Shown one piece after another: positions 11,961-27,048 of a stretch of DNA of 64,000 nucleotides. How positions within the stretch are numbered: the first letter of the stretch is position 1; every line of letters starts with the position of its first letter. The stretch lies in the NCBI RefSeq assembly GCF_006345805.1, contig NC_043008.1, forward strand, positions 9,176,001 to 9,240,000, in the 5' to 3' direction. The notes below the pieces were generated by a model, which ran no database searches, was not told the DNA's origin, and was given only the letters and a program-made list of their open reading frames with translations. The stretch comes from Octopus sinensis (lineage: Eukaryota). A program made the translations under genes and the position numbers.

Positions 11961-14900
11961 TAGAATGAAGTAGTGAAAACAGCTTTCAGGATTTGGGCCC
12001 TCAAGACGAGTAGGATTTGGGCCCTCAAGATGAGTAGATGTTCATTTCAATCCTCCATATATTATATAAATAAAAATTTGATTGAGAGAAACCATGACTG
12101 AATGAAAGACAAAGCAAAACAAATTTGTTCAAAGATTATGTTGGAGATGTTTATAAAGCACAAAGTATACCTATTTCTTTACTATCCACAAGGGGCTAAA
12201 CACAGAAAGGACAGACAAACAGATTAAGTCGATTATATCGACCCCGAAAGGATGAAAGGCAAAGTTGACCTCGGCGGAATTTGAACTCAGAATGTAATGG
12301 CAGATGAAATACCATTACGCATTTCGCCCGGCACGCTAATATTTCTGCCAGCTCACCGCCAAACATAATGTATACCATCTGTAAAGACAGAGGCCCACAT
12401 GCAGCACTTAGGTTGTTCATAACTCGTCTTTCCTTATATCTCTCTTTTGTCTCTCCCTATGCATGTATGCGCATGTTATAGAATTGGATTTGCGCAATAA
12501 AGTAGAGCATTTCCACCATTCAGTTTCCATGATTTCTTCATTCTGGTTACAACAACTCACTATAACAGCGGTAACCAGTTACTACAGCCATAGCAACAAG
12601 CAGCCACTATAGGAATAAATAACAATTCATTGTTATACCAATAACTATATCGCTATAGCAACAGTAAATCACTATAGCAACGATCAACTCCAGTCAAAGC
12701 AAAAAGTTTATTAGAAACCATAACAATCCAACAGAACAACTGAAGCCATGGCAACATCAACCACACAACTTAGTGAAGAGACTAAGAATAACCATACCAG
12801 GTAGCAACACCCAACAACAACAACTGACTGTCAGAGCCAAAATAAATCACCACCACCAACAACAACAACTGACTGTCAGAGCCAAAATAAATCACCACCA
12901 ACAACAACAACAACAACAACAACAAGTGCTTGCAGAGTAAGTGGCAGTGACAACAATAACAAATGACCCCCCCCCCCAGCATCAAACCATCAATCTTGAC
13001 AGAGAAATTAGATTGACCACTGGTGTTGTATGCATGGTATTTTCTATCAGCAAATTTCAAATATTCAACATCGGTTTCAGTATTGCAGAAGGCGAAGGAG
13101 ATGGAGCGGAGGGCATAGGGGGTGTGGGGCGGTTGGAGGAGGAGGTGGAGGAGGAATCGGGTTATTCAGCCTGACCAACAAGATGAAAACCAATTCATCT
13201 TTACAGTCAATTAGCCAATCATCTCACGCCATACCCACCAACCTTATTTGGACAGTGTTGTCTCATTAGCACCTCATGTCAATTCAGAAATGTCAGGAGC
13301 AAGAGTGACTGAAAGGAAATTTATTGGTTTCTTTTGTGTATCAGAAGGAGGTAGGGAGAGTAAGAGAAAGAGAGAGAGAGGTACAGAGAGAGAGAGAGAG
13401 GTACACAGAGAGAGAGAGAGAGAGATAAAGCAAAAGAAAAGTGTGGGAGGTATTCCACTGTTCCAAGAAACACAGGGTAATGTCGTGGGTGAGAAGAGAT
13501 AGGGGAAGTTCAATGTTGATCAATAATTTCTTGATTTAATTTAGAGGTCAATTTGCATATAGGGTGTTTTACATGACAATACAACAGGATGCTGTGGCCT
13601 GATCTGTGACCTTTCAAAGGACCACCAGATTGGATTATTTAACATTTACATTTCCTTCTTGCGATGATGAATTGAGAAATGGTAAATTTCATTTTCATAT
13701 GTGATTCTTAGAAGGAAAACTAAAACCAGAATTTTTCATTAGGCGGTGCATGAAAAGTAACTATAGCAGCGGATGAAGATTTTATAATTAATTATTATAG
13801 AGGTACCTTTTATTTTCTTCATTCTTTTAATCTGAAGATGAGAGACTCTGCCTACAACCATTATTTCTCAACACCCATCGCGATTTTTGGCAAAGGGAAA
13901 ATTGAATGAGATTTTAACACTTTTTTTTTAATCATTTTATCATCTCTTTCATTGTTATTATAAATAATAAACTGGCGTTAAAGTGTTGTTATGTGGAGTG
14001 GAATAAATAAAGTGCTGTTCATGCTTTCAACAGAGAAGCATTACCATTCTGCATATAATAATGACCATAACAGCATCTTCAGTTGATTCATGCTCAAGAA
14101 ATAAATACATCATAAGCAGTTAAAGAAAAGATATACATACATATATATACATATATATATACATACATACATACATACATATACATATATATGCATACAT
14201 ATATAGATATATATATATATATGTATATGTATGTATGTATGTATGTATGTGTATATATATATATACACATACATACATACATATACATATATATGCATAC
14301 ATATATAGATATATATATAGACAGATAATATATCATCATCATCATCATTTTACGTCCGTTCTCCATGCTAGCATGGGTTGGACGGTTCGACCGGGGATTT
14401 GGGAAGTCAGAGGGCTGCACCAGGCTATAGTCTGATCTGGCAGTGTTTCTACATCTGGATGCCCTTCCTAACGCCAACCACTCCGTGAGTGTAGTGGGTG
14501 CTTTTTACGAGCCACCGCCACAGGTGCCAGGCGAGGCTGGCAACGGCCACGATCGGATTGGTGCTTTTTACGTGCCACCAGCACGGAAGCCAGTTGAGGC
14601 AGCGCTGGCATCGGCCACGTTCGGATGGTACTCTTTACGTGCCATACTAATATATAGATAATATATATATATTATATACCTTGTATGTGTTATATATATA
14701 TATATATATATATATAGTTTCTCTCTCTATATATATATATATATATCATCATCATCATCATCGTCATTTAACGTCCACTATAAACGACGATGATGATATA
14801 TATATATATATATACGACAGGCTTCGTTCAGTTTCCATCTGTCAAATCCGCCCACAAGGCTTTGATCGGCCCAAGACTATAGTAGAAGACACTTGCCCAA

Positions 14901-15890
14901 GGTGCCACACAGTGGGACTGAAACCCGGACCATGTGGCTGGTAAGCAAGCTACTTACCACACAGGCCACTCCTGCATGTAGCTGCTTAGTCCAGGCTGCC
15001 ATACATAAAAACATGAGCAGGAAATAATTTATAATTAATTGAAATTACAGCTCAAACGAGAATTACCAAAGATCAGCCTCACTCTCTGTTTCTGCATATC
15101 ACAATCAAAACGAATCGATTAAAATGTCCTGCAGTTCTCTCCCCTGTTTTTCTGAGAACAAGAAATTCATTAATGCTAATGATGTTTCTTTCATTAGGGT
15201 TGCAATTTCAATTAATTAATTTTTAGTTAATTAATTGAAACTTAATTTTAAATTATTTTTCACTCACCACTTCAAATACGATAACCTGTATTCAGCTATA
15301 TGCACGCACACACACACATACACACACACACATGCACACACGCACACACACACACACACACACACTCAAACACACACACATACATGAATCATCATCATCA
15401 CTTTTAAATCTGCTATTTCCATGCTGACACAGACTAGACAGCTACTTCTTGCACCAGTATTCTACAACTGGGTGCTCTTCCTGATGCCAACCTTTACTAG
15501 TTTTCAAATAAGACGAAAGTTCTGGAAGTACTGCTTGTATTTACATTTTGTTGGGTTTTTTTTGTTGTTATTTTTTTTTGTACACCACATGAATGAATGT
15601 CACTGCAGCCCAAACAGTGCCGGTGAAGAGGGATGCAGAGTGAGCACTTACACACACATGCGTCTGTGCACATGTGTGTGTGTGTGTATGTGTGTGTGTT
15701 TATGTGTGTGTGTATACATTATATATATATATCACCGTGACCGACCAGGCTATCAGATGTTGTTACACATCGCTGGTCAAAATGCGCTTCGCATTGTTTT
15801 AGCCTTCAAATGACGCCACCCCGCTGGCTAAGCGAGCAGGCCATATATATATATATATATGCATATATATAAATATGTATGTATGTATAT

Positions 15891-15949
<59 letters not shown>

Positions 15950-15959
15950 CATATATATA

Positions 15960-16247
15960 TCACGTGATCACGTGACTGACCAGGCTATCAGACGTTGCTA
16001 CACATCGCTGATCACAATGCGCTTTGCATTGTTTTAGCCTTCAAATGACACCACCCCGCTGGCCAAGTGAGCAGGCAAACAAAAGAGAGAGTGAGAGAAA
16101 GTTGTGGCAAAAGAGAACAGCAGGGATCGCCACCCACCCCCAGGCAGAGCCTCGTGGAGCTTTAGGTGTTTTCGCTCAATGAACACACAGAAACCATGAT
16201 CCTCCGACCGCAAGTCCACTGTCCTAACCACTGGGCCATTGCGCCTC

Positions 16248-16248
<1 letters not shown>
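15960..16248 (-). mobile_element. tRNA-derived SINE, family starting ggaggtgcaatggcccagtggttagg (plus-strand copies at 29518-29820 and 33605-33880)
   Basis: A-box-like tggcccagtgg and B-box-like gtttcgatccc (clearest in the 29518 copy); shared body. Confidence 0.75.
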
Positions 16249-16302
<54 letters not shown>

Positions 16303-17385
16303 TATATATATAGGTGCAGGTGTGTGTTGAGAAGCTTGCTTCCCAACCACATGATTCTGTGTTCAATCCCACTGCATGGCATCTTGGGCAATTGTCTTCT
16401 ACTATAGCCTCGGGCCGGCCAAAGCCTTGTGAGTGGATTTGGTAGACGGAAACTGAAAGAAGCCCGTCATATGTATATCTATGTATGTGTGTGTGTGTAT
16501 TCTTTTATTCTTTTATTTGTTTCAGTCATTTGACTGCGGCCATGCTGGAGCACCCCCTTTTTAGTCAAACAAATCAACCCAAGGACATATTCTTTGTAAG
16601 CCTTGTACTTATTCTATTGGTCTCTTTTGCCAAACCGCTAAGTTATGGGAATGTAAACATACCAACATCAGTTGTCAAATGATAGTGGAGGACAAACACA
16701 GCAACACAAACATATACATACACATATATATATATATATATCATGGGCTTCTTTCAGTTTCCGTCTACCAAATCCACTCACAAGGCTCTGGTCAGTCCGA
16801 GGCTATAGTAGAAGACACTTGACCAAGGTGCCATGCAATGGGACTGAATGAGGAAAGGAAGGAGGAAAAAGGAAAGAGAGAGGGAGAAAGATGGAACAAA
16901 GAATGAAAGAATCAAAGAAGGAAGGAGGGGAGAAAGGAATAAAAGAAGGAAGGAAGAAAGAAAGAAAGAAAGGAAGGAGAAAGAAAGAAAGAAAGAAAGA
17001 AAGGAAGAAAGAAGGAAATGAAGGAAGGAAGGAAGGAAAGAAAGAGGGAATAATAAAAGAAAAAAGAGAGAAGGAAGGAAAGAAGACAGACTAAAAGAGA
17101 GAAACGATTACAGAGTGTGAGACAGACAGACAGATAAATGTGGGCTTCCACACAGTTTCAGTCAACCAGATCAACTCACAAGACCTTGGTCAGACTGGAA
17201 CTAAAGTAGAAGACATTTGCCCAAGGTGCCACATGATGGGATTGAACTTAAAATCACATGATTGGCAAGCAAGCTTCTCACCACACAGCCATGCCTGCAA
17301 ACAAATACACACACATATTATTTTTATTATTATTATTATCATCATCATGATTATTATTATTATTGAGTGAGAGAGCAGTTCATGC

Positions 17386-17715
17386 CATCAAAGTGACACT
17401 GGGGTAAAATATACGAAGCCCAGTATACCCATCATGACTACCCGTCTGATAAGGGTACACCAAGCACATGCATCACAACCATATGTGCACGACATGGTGA
17501 TCTCATATCAAGATAAACAGCGCATGACCTTGCAGGTGGGGCCCAGTTAGAATTTTCTTCTGGTCAAGTAGCCCATCCCGCTCAAACGGTCCCTGAATAA
17601 GGGTTGTTTAAGGATGTTGAACGAAACACCCATGTTTCCAGAGGGGAAATATTCAAACCCCAAAGAATTCCTCTCAACACATGGCTATGATGCTCCCCAA
17701 CTACTTCTGCTCATA
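17386..17715 (-). mobile_element. Short interspersed element embedded between (TTA)n tracts
   Basis: ~330-bp non-simple block bounded on both sides by tta repeats; reads as a (TAA)n-tailed element on the minus strand. Confidence 0.5.
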
Positions 17716-17739
17716 TTATTATCATTATTATTAGTATTA

Positions 17740-17775
<36 letters not shown>

Positions 17776-17777
<2 letters not shown>

Positions 17778-18215
17778 AGTTCTTTTTATCACAGGTTTTG
17801 TTGGAACACCTGGAGTCTTGAATTCATAGCAGGCTTGCTACCTGCACCCTATGGTACCATGCTATCCATTCTTTACAGTTATCTAATACTTTCCTGATTA
17901 TTCTGGTCGTGCCAAGGAGACAAACCTTTTGGAACAGTTCTACTGGGCATTCTATTCCTATTTCCTTTATATTCCTCTTGATGCCTTCTGATACTGTTCC
18001 CAAAGACCCGCCAATAACTGGCACTATCTTCACCTTCTTCATTTCCCATAGCAGGGCTATTTCATATTTAAGAGGGTTGTATCTATCTACTTTTTTGCTT
18101 TCTTTCTTGACCATTCGTGGGTCAAAGGGACATGCAACTTCAACTATACGGCATGTGTGGTGCACCTTGAGCACCACCACCAGATCGCAAGACCCTTAAA
18201 GCCAAGAACTTTTCA
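17776..18215 (-). mobile_element. 3' fragment of an RLE-type non-LTR retrotransposon (R4/Dong-like)
   Basis: CDLVVVLK...IVEVACPFD...KVDRYNPLKYEIALLW...VPVIGGSLG...LFQKVCLLGTTRIIRKVL is typical of the restriction-like endonuclease C-terminus; followed by a short UTR and (TAA)n. Confidence 0.8.
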
Positions 18216-19119
18216 GCAACCCCTCATAAAAATATTGTCTCAAAAAATCAACATGTAACAATCTATTAAGAACACACTACGATATATTACAATTTGAGAA
18301 ATACAGCTAAGAAGACAGTTCATGGAATGTATATAATTCCAAGATTCCTGCTCAGTTCCAATATCAATAGAGTACCATTCCAGAAAATATAATAATAGAA
18401 AGAAATACTTTATTCAAAATATTTTAAATTCTTGCTATATACCATAACAAGTGAAAATTTTAGATACATTTACTGTTAGAAGAAAATATCCGTTTAAACA
18501 CCGTCAGAAAATATATCATCGAAGAATATTGATACAATAAACAGAAATAAAAAGCAAAATAAAACAGTAGAGAAAAATACAGCAGCCATTATATCTGTAT
18601 ATATGGATGCATTAGCAGCGTTAGAAACATAAAAACTATTGGCTCTTGAAGTGTTAAATAAATACACTCACATACAGACGCATACACACACGCGTATGTA
18701 TATGTGTGTGCACATATATATGCATACAGATATATATATGCACACAGACAGTAAAGTATGAAATTTCAAAAAATATTTGTTACATAATGTACATAGGTGC
18801 AGGAGTGTCTGTGTGGTAAGTAGCTTGCTTACCAACCACACGGTCCCAAGTTCAGTCCACTGCATGGCACCTTGGGCAAGTGTCTTCTACTATAGTCACA
18901 GGCTAATCAAAGTCTTGTGAGTGAATTTGATAGATGGAAACTGAAAGAAGCCTGGCATGTGTGTGTGTGTGTGTATGTGTGTACACGTGTGTGTGCATGT
19001 ATATGTTTGTGTGTCTGTGTTTGTCCACCCACCATACTTTGACAACCGATGCTGGCATGTTTACATCCCCATAACTTAGCGGTTCAGCAAAAGAGACTAA
19101 TAGAATAAGTACTAGGCCT

Positions 19120-19400
19120 ACAAAACCTGCAGTTGTCTTATCAGGAAGATAGCATCAGCGATGCTTCTCCCTTGCACGAAACCAAACTGCATCTGATCCA
19201 GGCTAACTCTCTTCCTAATTAGTTGAGCTATGATCCTCTCTGTAGCTATGATTCTCTCCAGCAATTTTGATACCTCTGTAATTATTTCTGTCTTTGTAGT
19301 TATTTTTTTACCACTGTATGATTCCCTCGTGAACAACCTGATGAACTATACGGGTGACTAGGGCCATATCCTACTCCACCAGATATTTTAAACATCTCAG
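19120..19400 (-). mobile_element. LINE reverse-transcriptase fragment (RTE-like)
   Basis: SKLLERII...LIRKRVSLDQMQFGFVQGRSIADAIFLIRQLQ is the RT domain QFGF/DAIF region. Confidence 0.8.
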
Positions 19401-19407
19401 CAGTGAT

Positions 19408-20190
19408 TCCTGAAGAGGTTGCTACTGTTTTTGAGCCCCAGGTAACATTGCTTCCAGCTAGCTATACGATACAATATCCATGTCCTTACATTTTCGAACA
19501 GAGAGTCCAGCACCCCCATCCAGCACAAAACAACATCTGTGCACTGGTTTCTGGGTTATTGCTCTTTATCAACACAGAGTAACTGCCTGGTGGTGTTACT
19601 GAATTCACTGCTCAAAAATACATAGTTTTCAAAGTGACACACAGTTACTGATCTAATGAAATAGAAATACTATTATTTCTAAATCTCTCAAAGAGAAATA
19701 CTCAGTAACAGTTCTTTAAAGTAAAGATATTGTGTCATATAACCAGCTGGAAATGATGTTTCCTAGGGCTAAACAATAGTAACAATCGTCCCTTCCAGGG
19801 CAGTCGCATTATGTTGGCAAATAGCCTTTAGTTTAAAGAACTGTCACTGAATATGCCTCCTTGAGATATTTAGAAATAATAATGTTTCTACTTTATTAGA
19901 TCAGTGACTGTGTGTGTCACTTTGAAAACTATATATTTTGGAACAGTAAATTAAGCAACACCACCAGGCAGCTACTCTGCGTTGATAAAGGACAATAACC
20001 CAGAAACAAGTCCATAGATGCTGTTTTGTGCTGGATGGGGGTGCTGAGCTCCCTTTTCGAAGATATAAGGACACAGATATTGTGTCATATAGCCAGCTGG
20101 AAACGATGTTTCCTGGGGTTAAACAACAGTAAAAATCTTCCCTTCCAGGACAGCCACATTATGTTGGCAAATAGCTTTTACTTTATGTAA
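19408..20190. repeat. ~350-bp unit in partial tandem plus an inverted copy (~310-bp inverted arms)
   Basis: 19408-19720 is the reverse complement of ~19831-20148; 19725-19830 directly repeats 20075-20185. Confidence 0.85.
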
Positions 20191-20639
20191 CTATATTTTT
20201 CAATAAATGATGTCTTCTTCGGCTGGCCCATGGCTATTTCTATAAAGGAGGAATTTCGTCAATGGAATTGAACCTAGTACATGACTGGTGCTGAAGAATT
20301 AAAGCAAAGAGTCAACAGTTAAAATTTGAACTTCCTCTGTCTTCAGTATACCTTGTAGAAGCTTCTACACGATTGCTTGACCTGCTAGAAATAGCAGCTA
20401 TATTTCGCCTCATCTTAAAAAAAGGGGGCACTTTGAATAATCCAGTACTAGATATATTATCTAGATAAAAATATAACACTGGTCACATGTGGAATACCTA
20501 TGGTCATAAATCTATTTGACCAGGACTGACCCAGGACTAATAAACAACAATAAATTTCAAATATAATAAACATTTTAATTTGCAGGAGTCGTTTGTAGTC
20601 CAAACACTCTTATACTGCCATACTCACTTTTATTTTATT

Positions 20640-21021
20640 ACTAGCAGTATCGCCCGGTGTTGCTCAGGTTTGTTTTGACCCTTTAGAATTGGAATTTTTG
20701 AAAAGTAAAAATTCTGCATTATGTAGCTTGTTATTCTCTTTAAGTGAACATTTTTCTGGTTGAAATACACTGAAAAATGGCGACACAGCAGTCAAAAAAT
20801 AGGGATATTCATAGAAAAAAAGCACCTTTTTTATGTAAATAATTTTTGGTATTAACATGGTCCGATTTGAATTTTTTCTTCTACGGAATGAAGAGCAAGC
20901 TTTCTTCTATCATACTCTCAATTTTGGTCAACTTGTGCCACAAGGTCTCGGAGGAGATAGTGTTAGTCGAAGGCTACCAAACCCGCCACACACAGACAAC
21001 TTCAGCTTTATATATATAGAT
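20640..21021 (+). mobile_element. Non-autonomous Helitron-like element (second copy with related ends at 23217-23818)
   Basis: 5' actagcagtat.gcccgg..ttgc.cagg and 3' tatata(t/c)agat ends are shared by the two elements, whose interiors differ; no TSD seen. Confidence 0.45.
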
Positions 21022-21494
21022 TAATGTAGAGAGCTGGCAGAATTGATAGCACACCAGACAAAATTCTTATCAACAGTTCTTCCAGCTTCACGTTCAGAGT
21101 TCAAATTCCACCAAGGTTGAATTGGCCTTTCATCTTATTATTTCTGAGCCACTGAAATAATAGCTGAGCATTCGGGTGGATGTAATTAACTGGCCCCCTC
21201 CCCCAAAGATCTTAGACCTTGTGTCTATAGAGGGAAGAATTATTTGTGTAATGATAATATCAATGGATACATATGAAAGTCTTTTGTTATACAACTGCAT
21301 GTTGGTCACGGAGATGTTCCATGATTCTGCTAAATGTTACCTGTTGACCAATTATATTGCTACAGTTGTATGTAGTTGATTATTACTTTGGTTACAGCTT
21401 CCCCATAACAATACAACAAAGAGAACTGACTTTTAACAGATACTGTGAAATACAGGTGTCAAGGATGCCAAAACAGTTAGACATCATCTAGCTG

Positions 21495-21840
<346 letters not shown>

Positions 21841-24279
21841 TCATGACAAATTAATAGCAAATGGTGGTGGGAGGAGGTGACTGCTAACAGAAGTGGACAG
21901 GAGCCACAGAAATGCACAGCCTCAGATAAAAATCATTTACCAAAAAATGCAACTCAGGAATAAATGCTGAAGCTAGTCGCAACTACATCTGAAGAAAAAT
22001 GGGGGACACTCACTTTTATTTCTTTTTTTTAACGATGCTCCACCATCTCCACCACCACCACCACCACCATCAACACTACCACCACCGCTACCTCCTCTAT
22101 CATGGTAAGAGATGACTGTTACTAGAGGGAGTAGTATTGAACTTCTTTGATAATTTCTCATTTCACCATTATCATCACTCCACCATTGCCGCCGCCTATC
22201 GTCACCAGCATCATAATTATTATCACCACCATCATTACCATCATCACCGCCATCATCATCATCATCATCACCTGTGCACTTAACTAGGAAACCATTGACA
22301 ACAACCATAACCAGAATGACTGACAACAATGCATTTTCTTCTAAACACGTTGCACTCTTTCATTAATAGTTACTCTTTAATTCTGTCAGTCGTTTCTGCA
22401 TTAACGGTAAAGAGAGAAGGAAGAACCACTTCGGCTTGCATCTCTGCCATTGTTTGGAATGACTGTCTGAAGGCAGAGAGCGTTAATTTTAGAGTATTGA
22501 CAGTGCGTGTATTGATTTCTGATGGTTTCTCATTAACTAATATTTCAGTCAGTCATAGTGACTCTACGTCGTCACCAAGGTATTAAGCACTCTTCCATTG
22601 GCACACAATCATCGGGAACCTCGCAATCTTGTAATCAAGAATCATTGTAATTTAGTTAATTACAAAGAAGAGAATCAGAACAAGATAATGCAAATTTTGA
22701 AGATACATACCCCCATTCTCATTCTCTCTCTTTCTCACTCTCTCTCTCTCTCTCTCTTGATATACATGTGTGAAAATATGTGCTGTGTGGGTGGACAGAT
22801 GGATATAATGCATTTGCAGAAAAACGGTTGAACTTATATATTTGTATATCATGCCATAACATATACTTTTCTACTTTAGGCACAAGGCCCGAAATTATGG
22901 GGGAGGCAGGGCCAGTCGATTAGATCGACCCCAGTACACAACTGGTACTTAATTTATCGACTCCAAAAGGATGAAAAGCAAAGTCGACCTGGGTGGAATT
23001 TGAACTCAGAACATAGAGACAGACAAAATACTGCTAAGCATCTCACCCCATGTGCTAACGTTTCTGCCAGCTCGCCACCTTCATGTCATAACATATACTA
23101 TGAGAAATGTATAAGGACAAATGTATATGCTAAACATATAGACAGAAATGTATAAGCATGCATATAAAGTAATTCCTCAGTTTACAAGATCCTGGGTTTA
23201 CGAGTTTTATTTTATAACTAGCAGTATAACCCGGCTTTGCCCAGGATTAAGTTAGGATTATTAAGCTAATCAAGTTCTTTATTTCAAACCAAACTAAATA
23301 ACATTGACGTCAAGTTTGATCAAAATCCATTGAAATTGGTTTATATATATCTATATATATATATATATATATATATATGGGCAACACACATACATACACA
23401 CACATATGTACGTACACCTATTGCATACATGTTTATTGTACGCATACATGTTTTTTGTATGCATACATATTCGTGTGTATGTGTGTTGCTTGAATATCAA
23501 CAAAACACTTTTTTCCTTGATGGGAAAAAAACAAAAAAAGTCTTAACAAAAACTTACTCGTTGCTAGAAGGGGACTTAACTCCTGTTTGCAAACAATGGT
23601 GATTTCTCAGACTTGAAAATTGTTAAAAGTTTTGGTTGAAAATTTATTTTTACTGCTATTTACTGGTGCCTCTGGTGAAAATAAGTTGACGAAAATATAG
23701 CTAGGGTCATGATAAATGTCCTCCTAAAATTGGAGCAACACGAGTGCTAATTTGTGGACGTGCATAAATTACATTCACGTACACACACACATAATTCTTG
23801 CATTTTATATATACAGATGACTATAAAAAGGTTAAACAGTCATTTTGTATGTGTGTGTGACGACGTCACAACATGTTCCAACACTGGTTCTGATGCATCT
23901 ACACAGCGATGGAGTAAAATGAGTGCATGAAATTTCTTTGCTGCTATAGTAAATATTATTGCTCTGTTTTACAAGTTTGCGCTTTACAAGCAATCCCCGG
24001 GAACAAATTAACTCATATGTCAAGGCATTATTGTACAAACTCACACATACACACACACACAATCATCATGAGCAACTACATCATATCATGCCCACTTTTC
24101 TTTTGTTTTTTTCCATGCTGGCATAAACTGGATGGGTTTTCTGAGGCAGTGTTTTATGATTGGACCTTTCCTCATGCTAACTGTGTCATGCAAGGTAACT
24201 AAAACAGTCAACTTATATGAGACAGGGACACATTGGACCTACTATAAAGCCAAAATACACATAGTACACAAATATATAC

Positions 24280-24852
<573 letters not shown>

Positions 24853-25952
24853 CACCAGCTAATAAGTTTTGGATACTAACATGCCTAGAGTTAATGTTGT
24901 ATGCCTGTTAGCAGTCTAAATTTATTATAAACATACTAATTAACAAGGAGTTGTGATGTATACTTGAAATATTAAAAAATAAATGGAAACAAAAATATTT
25001 TCATAAATAGTGATATTTTAATTAAAGTGTCATGAACACCGACTTAGTCTTGGTTTATTTTTTTCCAATAAGATGCTTCTTTGTTATTTCTTTGTTGCTC
25101 TGTTGTATTTTCCACGCATTCATAGAATGGGAATAATTCAAAATTTGGCTGCTGAGTTCTTTTACATTGTTCTAAATGTTAACTAAGTAGATTTCTCTTC
25201 TGTTTGGATCTCATATTTGTCATTGGTGAACCAACCTCTATTTTCTAAGTGGCATGCCTGTTTGGCCAATGTAATTCTCACTACATTCACAGCATGTTAT
25301 AATCGAGATTAAGCACTCAGATAAGCAGCCAATTTTTTTTTTTTTTTAATTTTGCCCTCTTTTGAAACAGATCTCTGAACCTTCACTTTTAATACAAATT
25401 CCACAATTTGATCTCCCCAAAGTTTTGAATATTTTGTTTTGGTATAATTTTGGTTAGGAGAGTTTCTTTAGTGGTTTTTACAGTTGTTTTGGGGTTTTTT
25501 TTTTTGCTATTAATTATCTTTTGGTTTTCTCAAATTCTCATTTTGGGATCACATTTTACTAATGATATATTTTGATGAATTCTATTAAAAACAAAACTTA
25601 TAAGGTTGTATGGGGAAATATAGTGCTTCATAAATAGTGAATGTTGATTGCCTCTGCTGTTTTTCATTTAAGAGCTACAAAACACTATTAGAAATAATAT
25701 TAACAATAAAATAAATACCATTCTATCATCATCATCATCATCATCAACAACAACAACATTCAGCGTATGTCTTCCATGCTAGCATGGGTTGCACAGCTTG
25801 ATAGGAACTAGTAAGGCCAGGGGCCTCATCAGATTCCATAGTCTCTTTAGGCTTGGTTTCTTTGGCTGGATGCCCTTCCCAGTGCCAACCACTCCACAGA
25901 CTGTGCTGGGTGCTTTTTACATGGCACCAGCACCCACACCAATGCTTTTTAA

Positions 25953-26173
25953 CGCTTTCATTGCTATATTTATTTTGAGATGTTCTGTGTTTCTTTCAAT
26001 TATTTTAAATATAACAAAGAATTTAGTAAAATAAATTAGTTATCATTAAGTTGGTGTTAGGAACGTAAATTGTGACTAAGGTTTAGTGGAAGATTTTAAC
26101 TCAAAACTTATGAAAACAAGACATTTGTATTACAGTGTCAGACTTGGTTTTGGCCAGGTTAGTATTGAAAGGG
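25953..26173. mobile_element. piggyBac-like MITE, copy 1
   Basis: ttaa|cgcttt...gaaaggg|ttaa; 221 bp; similar over its whole length to the adjacent copy. Confidence 0.65.
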
Positions 26174-26193
26174 TTAAATTAATCATTTATTAA

Positions 26194-26415
26194 CCCTTTT
26201 GTTACCATATTTCTGTTTAGATGCTCTGTGTTTCCTTCAATTAATTTTAAATATAACAAAGAATTTAGTAAAATAACTTAGCTATCATTCAGCTAGTGTT
26301 AGGAACCTAAATTGTGACTAAGGTTTGGTGGAAGATTTTAACTCAAAACTTATGAAAACAAGACATTTGTACTACTGAACTAGAGCCAGTTTCAACTGGG
26401 TTGGTATTGAAAGGG
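26194..26415. mobile_element. piggyBac-like MITE, copy 2
   Basis: ttaa|cccttttgttacca...tggtattgaaaggg|ttaa: TTAA flanks, CCC/GGG termini, 11/14 TIR match. Confidence 0.72.
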
Positions 26416-26988
26416 TTAAGTGAAACCTTGGTTTTAGATTAACAAAAGCATCTATTTGAAATGTTGTATTTTGAATATTATTTAGTATTACTTTATTATG
26501 AAAACAAGGAAAGCAGAATAAGATGTTATGGTTGTTGTAGCTATTAAGCAGAGAGGGGCCTTAATAAGAATAAGAACCAGCATCTCACTTGAACAAATCT
26601 CAAAGCTAAATTTATTTTAAAGAAACCCTTATATTTATAGATCAAGTTAGTATTTGCAAAATGAATTTTAAAATAATGTTAACAATAAAAGATAAATTTC
26701 TTATAAAACGAACATTATTCAAAACTAAAAGTAAAAATTCAAAAAGTTTGTCTAGCTAGACTCCAATCAAAATAAATATTTAAGCCATCAATAAGTTATC
26801 TCGATCTCATGTCAGAAGTTTTATTAAAATATTCATACTACTCATTTATACATGATAAAATATCTCCATAATGAAAGAAGACTTCCCAATTAAGTATCAT
26901 TAAATTCATAATTTTGCCAACTAGGTAGAATAAGATTTTGTATCTATCTACCACTATCAAGTTCAACTATGATAATAATAATAATAAC

Positions 26989-27048
<60 letters not shown>

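Noticed and set aside
12990-13160. Protein-like minus-strand frame (…FAFCNTETDVEYLKFADRKYHAYNTSGQSNFSV)
   Set aside because: No consistent splice sites and no recognisable family; an upstream in-frame stop is present.
22329-22600. Non-repetitive, coding-like segment
   Set aside because: Minus-strand frames are interrupted by stops and no homology was recognised; possibly a decayed element.
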